Below, piece after piece: positions 1 through 6,177 of a stretch of DNA of 12,041 nt (positions are counted from its first letter, which is position 1; every line of letters starts with the position of its first letter). The DNA comes from Candidatus Muiribacteriota bacterium (lineage in GTDB: Bacteria > Muiribacteriota > Muiribacteriia > Muiribacteriales > Muiribacteriaceae), in contig JBNJGP010000080.1 of assembly GCA_051747805.1 (NCBI GenBank), positions 1 through 12,041 on the forward strand, read 5' to 3'. The notes under the pieces were generated by a model. The model saw only the letters and a list, made by a program, of their open reading frames with translations. It was not told where the DNA came from and searched no databases. Position numbers and translations under genes: made by a program.

Positions 1-93
1 TGATAATTTATAAACTTGCCATAAATTAATTAATTTGTTTAAATATAAAACATAGATTCTGGTTTAAACAAAAAAAATTATAGGCATTTATTT

Positions 94-888
94 ATGTTTT
101 TATTTATATTTTTAGATGGACTTGGAATTCCAGTAGAAAAAACAAATTTTTTATACGATTACGCTGGGATAAAACATCTATTAGAAAACTGTCGGGCAGT
201 TGATTCGATAATGGGAGTAAAGGGAAAACCACAATCAGGAACCGGGCAAACTTCATTATTTTGTGGGGTTAATGCCCAAAAAATCATCAATCGACATCAT
301 TATGCTTTTCCAGATGAATCTTTAAGAAAAATTATCAGGGAAAAGAATATTTTTTCAAAGTTGAAAAAAGAAAATAAAAAAGTCTGCTTTGCAAATGCTT
401 ATAGTGAAAACTTTTTTAAAAAAACACGATTAAGACGTTCTGTAACAACTTGGATGACCTGTTATTCTAAAAGTAAATTTCTTCTTGAACCTGAACTTAT
501 TTCAGGTCAGGCCGTTTATCATGATATTACCAATTGCAGCTATTCTTTTAAAAAGGAAAAATATATTATTACACCTGATAAAGCTGCCCGGAATCTTCTT
601 AATATTTCGGCTCAAAATAATTTTACTCTCTTTGAATATTTTTTAACTGACCGAATTGGTCATCAAAGAAATGATAAAAAACATTTAAAAACTTTATCAG
701 ATTTTCTTATAGAAATATTTAACCGTATTGATAATAAAACAAAATTAATAATAACATCTGATCATGGTAATCTTGAAGATCCGGAAAGTAAAAGTCATAC
801 ATTTAACAAAGTACCTTTATTTACAAATTTTGATTATAATATAGCAAAAGTTAATTCATTGAAAGATATAATCTCAATATGCAGATAA
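94..888 (+). CDS. Metalloenzyme of the alkaline phosphatase superfamily (phosphoglycerate mutase/phosphopentomutase-like)
   Basis: Metal and phospho-acceptor motifs FLDGLG, PQSGTGQT, TDRIGH, TSDHGN and HTxNxVP in a 264-aa ORF; substrate cannot be assigned. Confidence 0.8.
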   Translation: MFLFIFLDGLGIPVEKTNFLYDYAGIKHLLENCRAVDSIMGVKGKPQSGTGQTSLFCGVNAQKIINRHHYAFPDESLRKIIREKNIFSKLKKENKKVCFANAYSENFFKKTRLRRSVTTWMTCYSKSKFLLEPELISGQAVYHDITNCSYSFKKEKYIITPDKAARNLLNISAQNNFTLFEYFLTDRIGHQRNDKKHLKTLSDFLIEIFNRIDNKTKLIITSDHGNLEDPESKSHTFNKVPLFTNFDYNIAKVNSLKDIISICR

Positions 889-889
889 A

Positions 890-1489
890 TTAATACATTC
901 TAATTACTCCAACAACTATTCCCTGAATTTTTACCTGTTCAGGGTCTAAAATAATTGGTTCAAAATTAGAATTTGCAGGTTGTAGTCGAATTTTTCCGGA
1001 TTCTTCACGATAAAATTTTTTCAGAGTAACTTCTTCATTATCAATTAAGGCAACAACAGTCTGACCGTTCCAGGCCTGTTCAAGATTTTCTACAACAACA
1101 ATATCCCCGTCCATAATATGTTCATCAATCATAGAATTACCCTTTACCTTTAATGCATACGATTTTCTACGGTTCATAAAAGAGGGTATTTCAATTTTTT
1201 CGTTTTCATCAACCTCAGAATCAATAGGAAGTCCAGCAGTAACATAACCATAAAGTGGAATTTCAATAGTATCATTTGAGCTTTGATTTTTTTTTGGAAT
1301 ATCAATTTTACCGTTATCTCTTTTAATTAATAAACCCTCATTTACAAGTTTATTAATATGCTCATACATAGTTGCAACAGATTTTAATCCAAAATAATCA
1401 CAAAGCTCTTTTAATGTGGGACTATAATCATGGTTTTCAATGTGATTAATAATATAGTCATAAATATTCTTTTGTTTTTTTGTAATCAT
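890..1489 (-). CDS. lexA: SOS transcriptional repressor LexA
   Basis: N-terminal wHTH (TKKQ..IYDYI..HDYSPTLKEL), Ala-Gly cleavage site (VTAGLP), catalytic Ser (KGNSM) and Lys (VTLKKF), C-terminal IQGIVVGVIR; GGAGGGG SD upstream of the ATG. Confidence 0.96.
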   Translation of the reverse strand: MITKKQKNIYDYIINHIENHDYSPTLKELCDYFGLKSVATMYEHINKLVNEGLLIKRDNGKIDIPKKNQSSNDTIEIPLYGYVTAGLPIDSEVDENEKIEIPSFMNRRKSYALKVKGNSMIDEHIMDGDIVVVENLEQAWNGQTVVALIDNEEVTLKKFYREESGKIRLQPANSNFEPIILDPEQVKIQGIVVGVIRMY

Positions 1490-1512
1490 TTCCCCTCCGG
1501 TTTTTTATTTTT

Positions 1513-1541
1513 ATTATATACGAAAAAAAACCGAAAAGCTA
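1513..1541 (-). promoter_or_regulatory. Putative sigma70 promoter of lexA containing a candidate direct-repeat LexA operator
   Basis: Perfect TATAAT on the minus strand at 1513-1518, weak -35 TAGCTT at 1536-1541 (17-bp spacer); CGAA-N7-CGAA (1521-1535) lies in the spacer. Confidence 0.55.
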
Positions 1542-1611
1542 CCTTTTTTTTAAAAAATACCAATTACTTTTTAGATTAAAAACAGATTGAAGTAATATGA
1601 GCTAATTGATG

Positions 1612-1642
1612 ATTCAGGAGGCAGAAAGCCTCCTGAATTTTT
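1612..1642. terminator. GC-rich stem-loop between hsp20 and lexA, likely intrinsic terminator
   Basis: Perfect 11-bp stem ATTCAGGAGGC (1612-1622) / GCCTCCTGAAT (1628-1638) with a 5-nt loop, just after the hsp20 stop; the T-run is on the + strand side. Confidence 0.75.
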
Positions 1643-1646
1643 ATAA

Positions 1647-2087
1647 TTATTTTACAGATATTTTTTTGACATTTTTCTTCTCGATTTGTGGTTTTTTAAA
1701 ACTTACATGAAGAATGCCATCATTATATTCTGCATTAATATCTTTTTCAGTTACATCATCACCAACTTGAAATGTTCTTGAAAAACTTCCTGAACTTCTT
1801 TCAGAATAAAAATAATCTTTTTCTTTAACCTCATTATTTTTTTCTGATTTACCGGCAATAGTTAAATATCCATCTTCTAATGTAATAGATATGTCATCTT
1901 TTTTCATGCCAGGAAGTTCGGCATCAATATTAACTTTGTTATCTTTTTCATAAACATCTACTTTAAATTTACCGGACTCATTTAAAAGTCCACTTGGAAA
2001 AAACGACTCATCTTCATCAAAAAAGTTTTTCCAGGTGTTACTTAAATCAAGCATTTCGTTTAATGGATTCCATTTTTGCATTTTCAT
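1647..2087 (-). CDS. Small heat-shock protein, Hsp20/alpha-crystallin family (cytoplasmic)
   Basis: VDVYE..AELPGMKKDDI..ERSSGSFSRTF..AEYNDGILHVSFKK and C-terminal IxV tail (KISVK). Start moved from 2141 to the ATG at 2087 (MKMQKW), which follows a GGAGGTG SD; 146 aa. Confidence 0.95.
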   Translation of the reverse strand: MKMQKWNPLNEMLDLSNTWKNFFDEDESFFPSGLLNESGKFKVDVYEKDNKVNIDAELPGMKKDDISITLEDGYLTIAGKSEKNNEVKEKDYFYSERSSGSFSRTFQVGDDVTEKDINAEYNDGILHVSFKKPQIEKKNVKKISVK

Positions 2088-2129
2088 AACCGACACCTCC
2101 TTTTTAAAATTTGTTTTCAATAGTAAAAA

Positions 2130-2146
2130 TGCAAAATTCATGCCGA
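2130..2146 (-). promoter_or_regulatory. sigma54 (RpoN) -24/-12 promoter of hsp20
   Basis: Minus strand reads TCGGCATGAATTTTGCA: GG-N10-GC with GGCA and TTGCA context, about 40 bp upstream of the start codon. Confidence 0.75.
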
Positions 2147-2207
2147 AAATTAATGATAAATAAATAATCCATATTATAGCCTATATTAAGATTATACCAT
2201 TTTTTAA

Positions 2208-2244
2208 TGTGGAAATTTTTACCATTCTGTGGAATTTTTCAATA
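2208..2244. promoter_or_regulatory. Tandem candidate upstream activator sites for a sigma54 enhancer-binding protein
   Basis: TGTGGAAATTTTTACCA (2208-2224) and TGTGGAATTTTTCAATA (2228-2244), 20-bp period; the first contains an imperfect TGG-N9-CCA palindrome; about -90 to -125 from the predicted TSS. Confidence 0.55.
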
Positions 2245-2246
2245 CT

Positions 2247-2687
2247 CTAAAAAGTTTCAAACCCTTTCAGCTTATTTTTGACATCCTCAAGCTCTTCATG
2301 ACTCTTTATAAGATGTTCTGAGCTGAATTTTAAATTTTCATTATTAACAACATATTGGGCAGATGTTAAATCTTTGCTTTTTTCCTTCATTGGAACAATA
2401 TGAGCATGTGCATGAGAAACATCACCACCAGCATATAAAAAACCAACTCTTTCTACTTTATAAATATCTTTAAGTTTTCTTGCCAGTTTCTGCCCTGTAT
2501 AAAAAATTTTAGCTCCAATTTTTTCAGGCAAATCTTCAAATGTTTCATAATGTTTTTTTGGAATAATAAGACAATGTCCCTCTCTAATTGGAAATTTATC
2601 TAAAAATACCATTATTTCATCATCTTCCCAGATAATCACAGGGGTAATTTCTTTTTCAGCCATTTTACAGAACAAACAGTTACTCAT
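2247..2687 (-). CDS. HIT family nucleotide hydrolase
   Basis: CLFC N-terminus, FLDKFP..GHCLIIPKKH, histidine triad HAHAHIVP; AAGGAGG SD. Confidence 0.93.
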   Translation of the reverse strand: MSNCLFCKMAEKEITPVIIWEDDEIMVFLDKFPIREGHCLIIPKKHYETFEDLPEKIGAKIFYTGQKLARKLKDIYKVERVGFLYAGGDVSHAHAHIVPMKEKSKDLTSAQYVVNNENLKFSSEHLIKSHEELEDVKNKLKGFETF

Positions 2688-2731
2688 ATATAGCCTCCTT
2701 TTTAATTGAAATTAAGTTTTTATTTCTTTCT

Positions 2732-2858
2732 CAGCAATTCTCAATGAAAATAGAGAAAATCCTTGATTTGATGGGGTCAGCGCCGACATCACTTTGCGAA
2801 AAAGCAAAGTGTGTAGGCCTGACCACTAAAGGATTTTCGGCTAAATTGAGAATTGCTG
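2732..2858. mobile_element. 127-bp non-autonomous MITE with 14-bp terminal inverted repeats and a 9-bp target-site duplication
   Basis: CAGCAATTCTCAAT (2732-2745) and ATTGAGAATTGCTG (2845-2858) are perfect inverted repeats; TTTCTTTCT flanks both ends exactly (2723-2731, 2859-2867); nested internal inverted repeats; no ORF. Confidence 0.85.
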
Positions 2859-2867
2859 TTTCTTTCT

Positions 2868-2896
2868 ATTTTATAAAATTGAATATGGTTTAGCAA
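2868..2896 (-). promoter_or_regulatory. Putative sigma70 promoter of the HIT gene
   Basis: Minus strand TTGCTA (2896-2891), 17-bp spacer, TAAAAT (2873-2868). Confidence 0.55.
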
Positions 2897-3011
2897 ACTT
2901 TATAATATATTTGTTTAAAAACTATAACTTGAGTTTAGTAAATTTTCTTAAAAGGCTTTTATGGTAAAGCCTACACAAATTCTTTATGATAAATCACGTT
3001 AAAAATTAAAA

Positions 3012-3027
3012 TGGAATAAAATTTGCA
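3012..3027 (+). promoter_or_regulatory. sigma54 -24/-12 promoter of the membrane-anchored Hsp20-like gene
   Basis: TGGAATAAAATTTGCA = TGG-N10-GC with TTGCA, 50 bp upstream of ATG 3078. Confidence 0.65.
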
Positions 3028-3077
3028 AAAATAAATTTGAAAAATGGATTAATAAAGTATTATGGAGGTGATAATTT

Positions 3078-3683
3078 ATGAAATTTTTAAAAAATACTAT
3101 TTTTATAATTATATGCCTGCTTGCTTTATATGGAGCTTGGTCTTTATATCAAAATAATACACAGCGAAATAAAGGTGATATAATACCAGTAAATTTTTTG
3201 AATAATAATCATATTAATAGAAGTAAATCAATTTTTGAAGAATACGAAAAATTTTTTAATAAGCAGTTTGATTCTTTTTTTCAAGATGATATTTTTTCAG
3301 ACAAAGAAGATTTATTTTCTTTCCCCGATAAATTCAGAGAATTAAATCAATTTAATTTAAGTAAACCTGAAATTAATTTTGAAACAAAAGATGATGAGCT
3401 AATTATTCATATAAAAGGTGAGGAATCCTTAATTCAAAATATTGAAATTAAACTTGATAATAATATGTTAGTTTTAAAAAACAAAGAAAGCTCCGAAGAA
3501 GAAAAAGAAAATAATAATTATCAATATAATAAAAAAAGAATAAGAAATTTTAAACAACAAGTTTCACTTCCTGTAAAAGTAGATTCTTCTAAAATGGATA
3601 TTGAAGTAGATAATAATTACATTATAATAAATGCTCCAATAAAAGATTCAAAAACAAATTCAGGAAATAGAATAAAAATTTAA
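3078..3683 (+). CDS. Hsp20/alpha-crystallin-domain protein with N-terminal signal or membrane anchor
   Basis: Basic N-terminus plus hydrophobic stretch (IFIIICLLALYGAWSLY), Phe/Asp-rich linker typical of sHSP N-regions, ACD-like PEINFETKDDELII..IEIKLDNNMLVL..FKQQVSLPVKVD, C-terminal IxI (RIKI); GGAGGTG SD. Confidence 0.8.
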   Translation: MKFLKNTIFIIICLLALYGAWSLYQNNTQRNKGDIIPVNFLNNNHINRSKSIFEEYEKFFNKQFDSFFQDDIFSDKEDLFSFPDKFRELNQFNLSKPEINFETKDDELIIHIKGEESLIQNIEIKLDNNMLVLKNKESSEEEKENNNYQYNKKRIRNFKQQVSLPVKVDSSKMDIEVDNNYIIINAPIKDSKTNSGNRIKI

Positions 3684-4231
3684 TCAGAATTAATAATTTT
3701 TGCTGAAAATGTTATTTTATCATTGGTTTTAATGATATTTACATTAGATACATTAATTGATACTGGAAGATTAAAACTTCTATTAATAGAAAATTTCCTT
3801 CTTTTTTTTACAAACCCTTTTTCTTCCATTATATCATAAAAAAATTTAATTTTAATACTATTTTCATCTAAAAAATCAATATCTAAAGTTGAATGATCAG
3901 GTTCTTTAAGTTCAAAAATAATTTTTAGTAGATTTTCATTTTCATCAATTATATATTCAGGAGTGATTTGAAATTTTTCGGGAATTTCAAACTTATCCAT
4001 TAATTTATCTATTATATAATTAACAGTATTTTTAAAATTGAAATTTTTTTTAAAATTTAATTCAGGCGAAAAACTTATAACAGCAGATAATTTATCATCA
4101 ATAGAGTTTAAATATTCATTAAAAGAATAATTTTTTCCACTAAAATAATCATATAAAATAGAAAAAATAGAAACGCTTATTAAAAACAGGAGTATAATTA
4201 TTATAAATCTATAAATATATTTTTTATACAT
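3680..4231 (-). CDS. Divergent Hsp20-like protein with N-terminal transmembrane helix
   Basis: TM segment FIIIILLFLISVSIFSILY; C-terminal PEYIIDENENLLKIIFEL..LDIDF..INRSFNLPVSINVSNVNI aligns by eye with the ACD of the 3078 protein; stop codons of the two genes overlap by 4 nt (TTAA). Confidence 0.62.
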   Translation of the reverse strand: MYKKYIYRFIIIILLFLISVSIFSILYDYFSGKNYSFNEYLNSIDDKLSAVISFSPELNFKKNFNFKNTVNYIIDKLMDKFEIPEKFQITPEYIIDENENLLKIIFELKEPDHSTLDIDFLDENSIKIKFFYDIMEEKGFVKKRRKFSINRSFNLPVSINVSNVNIIKTNDKITFSAKIINSD

Positions 4232-4234
4232 ATT

Positions 4235-4591
4235 TTATAATTCAGTATATTTCGCCGCCTTACCCCGGCACTTACTGACAGGATATTTTTTGCAGTTTTT
4301 TTCTATTTTCTTTAAAACTGCCTCTGTTATATCAATATCACAAACATCTGCAAAAGTCATACAGTAACAAATAATATCAGCTAATTCGTCTTCAATTTCG
4401 GACTTTTTAGTTTTTAAAGCTTCGTTGGATTCATTAACATTTTTCCATAAGAAATTTTCAAGTAGTTCAGAGGCTTCAATATTTATACCCATTGCTATAT
4501 CTTTAGGATTATGAAATTGTTTCCAGTCACGTTCATCCCGGAACTTAATAACATGTTTTTTTAATTGTTCAACTTTTGTCTTTTCATCCAT
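4235..4591 (-). CDS. MazG-like nucleotide pyrophosphohydrolase (dCTP pyrophosphatase/RS21-C6 type)
   Basis: FRDERDWKQFHNPKD..IEASELLE..EDELADI..KIEKNxxKYP. Start moved to ATG 4591 (MDEKTK) with GAGGA SD; 118 aa. Confidence 0.92.
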   Translation of the reverse strand: MDEKTKVEQLKKHVIKFRDERDWKQFHNPKDIAMGINIEASELLENFLWKNVNESNEALKTKKSEIEDELADIICYCMTFADVCDIDITEAVLKKIEKNCKKYPVSKCRGKAAKYTEL

Positions 4592-4665
4592 AAATATCCT
4601 CAAAATAATAATACCATAAAAATGGAAAATAATAAAAATGCGTGAGCGAGATATGAATTTCTTTA

Positions 4666-4747
4666 GTGAGAAGTAAGAAGAGCCGTGAGAAGTGAGACGA
4701 TTAGGAGCCGACAAGAGCAGACAAAAGCCGATAGAAGCGGTGACCGC
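4666..4747 (+). repeat. Degenerate purine-rich short tandem repeats (7-mers, then 10-mers) ending in a small palindrome
   Basis: GTGAGAA GTAAGAA gagcc GTGAGAA GTGAGAC (4666-4698); in-phase TTAGGAGCCG ACAAGAGCAG ACAAAAGCCG ATAGAAGCGG (4701-4740); GCGGT-G-ACCGC (4737-4747). Confidence 0.65.
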
Positions 4748-4784
4748 AAAAGCAATTATAAATTAGAATAGAGATAGTTTTAGC

Positions 4785-4829
4785 TGTCATCCCTGCGAAG
4801 GCAGGGAACCATACATAACCGGGGTGACA
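4785..4829. repeat. REP-like palindromic element (GTCAT-tagged, CGTC-type)
   Basis: TGTCAT-CCCTGC-GAAG-GCAGGG-AACCA with a perfect 6-bp hairpin (4791-4806) and a partial inverted partner GGGGTGACA (4821-4829); GC-rich in an AT-rich background. Confidence 0.65.
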
Positions 4830-4906
4830 TCAAAATCATGCAATTTATTCACAGAAACATAAAGTTAAAATTTATTACGAAATAAAATCACAAAAAAATC
4901 TTAGAG

Positions 4907-4936
4907 CAAATAGTGAAAATTACTTTTTACTATTTG
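4907..4936. promoter_or_regulatory. 13-bp inverted repeat upstream of the DUF401 gene (operator or hairpin)
   Basis: CAAATAGTGAAAA-ttac-TTTTTACTATTTG, 12 of 13 positions complementary; overlaps a possible -35 TTGATT (4934-4939) with TATATT 17 bp downstream. Confidence 0.45.
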
Positions 4937-4971
4937 ATTTAAAGAGTTTAAATGTTTATATTATAATTGTT

Positions 4972-6177
4972 ATGAAGGAAATAATATTATTTTCATTTTT
5001 AATTGCCGGAGCTTCATGGTTAATTTATAAAAAAATTCCCGTTTATATAATTGTTTTATTAATGAGTGTTTTTACTTTTTTTGTATATGAAATTCCCGCA
5101 ATTAACCTTTATCATAGTTCATATCAAATGTTTTATGAATCTTCGTTTCTTTTTTTAGTATTAAATATCTGCCTTATATTTTACATAGGACAACTATTCA
5201 AATTCAGTGGTAAATTAAAAAGAATAGGTGAAAATATAGTTAAGGTTTTTCCGCCAAAAATCGCACTTACAATATTACCATTGATAATAGGTTTTTTTCC
5301 AATGCCTGGCGGAGCATTATTCACACTGGATTTTGTACGACAAATAGCAAAAGAAAATAACATAAAAGACAGTATTGTTATATATTCAAACCACTGGTTC
5401 AGACATGTATGGGAGTTTGTTTTCCCTCTTTTCCCCGGATTTATACTATATTATTCAATAATTGACAAAACTCCAGTTCAAATTATAAAAATGCAGTACC
5501 CACTGACAATAATAATGCTTATTACCGGCTATATTATTTTAAAATTAAACATAAAAAGTGAAAATTACAAAAAAGTTAAATTGACTTTTGATAACCTTTT
5601 CAAATTCCTGAAAAGTTTATGGTTTATATATATAGTTTTGATTTTTATTATACTTCAAATACATGTTAGCATAGCACTTGGTTTAATAATAATATTTGAA
5701 ATTATAAAATCAAAAATCAAGCCCATAAACATTCTGGAATTAATTGGAAAATCACTTAAAATTAATGTTTTATTAACAATTTACGGAGTATATTTATTTA
5801 AAAATTTGATAGAATTTTCACCTATTGCTCAGAATATGGAATATATGATTTCACAGCACAGTTTATATACACCAGCCCTTATTTTTGTATTCCCTTTTAT
5901 AATTGGATATTTAACAGGAATAACCACTTCTTTTGTTGGAATATGCTTCCCTGTTTTGTTGCCATTAATACAAAGTAACATATCATATGCACCAGTTGCT
6001 TACACAGCCGGTTTTATGGGAGTTATGGTAACTCCCGTTCATCTCTGCCTTTCAATGACAGTTGAAACATTAAAAATCGGATATAAAGAAGTATTTAAAA
6101 TGCTTTATCCCTCGATTTTTATAATGATTTTATCTTCAATTATTATATATCATATCCTAATTGGCTATAATGGCTAA
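4972..6177 (+). CDS. DUF401 family multi-pass membrane protein (putative ion-transporter-superfamily permease)
   Basis: Many hydrophobic helices; motifs IGFFPMPGGALF, NHWFRHVWEFVFPLFPG and TPVHLCL characteristic of DUF401. Confidence 0.8.
   Translation: MKEIILFSFLIAGASWLIYKKIPVYIIVLLMSVFTFFVYEIPAINLYHSSYQMFYESSFLFLVLNICLIFYIGQLFKFSGKLKRIGENIVKVFPPKIALTILPLIIGFFPMPGGALFTLDFVRQIAKENNIKDSIVIYSNHWFRHVWEFVFPLFPGFILYYSIIDKTPVQIIKMQYPLTIIMLITGYIILKLNIKSENYKKVKLTFDNLFKFLKSLWFIYIVLIFIILQIHVSIALGLIIIFEIIKSKIKPINILELIGKSLKINVLLTIYGVYLFKNLIEFSPIAQNMEYMISQHSLYTPALIFVFPFIIGYLTGITTSFVGICFPVLLPLIQSNISYAPVAYTAGFMGVMVTPVHLCLSMTVETLKIGYKEVFKMLYPSIFIMILSSIIIYHILIGYNG

Noticed and set aside
23..36. AAATTAATTAATTT palindrome, with similar AT-only palindromes near 10274-10315
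   Set aside because: Pure A/T palindromes are expected by chance in such AT-rich DNA.
890..1489. Phage CI-like repressor or prophage interpretation
   Set aside because: Has a LexA-type wHTH N-terminus; no integrase or phage genes nearby.
2088..2141. 18-aa N-terminal extension of hsp20
   Set aside because: Its ATG lies inside the sigma54 motif; the strong SD supports ATG 2087.
2732..2858. 6S RNA or riboswitch interpretation of the long hairpin
   Set aside because: Exact flanking 9-bp duplication and perfect TIRs fit a MITE better; no aptamer signature recognised. An Rfam search is still needed to exclude it.
2890..2916. TTAGCAAAC as a possible CIRCE left arm
   Set aside because: Right arm (TATTTGTTT) does not match GAGTGCTAA; better explained as the HIT -35 on the minus strand.
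4592..4714. 41-aa N-terminal extension of the MazG-like ORF
   Set aside because: Runs through repeat and promoter DNA; family similarity and SD support ATG 4591.
4666..4829. Possible CRISPR array
   Set aside because: Units are 7-10 bp, degenerate and lack spacers; no cas genes in the window.
5181..5363. 60-aa minus-strand ORF
   Set aside because: Antisense shadow inside the DUF401 gene; no recognisable motif.
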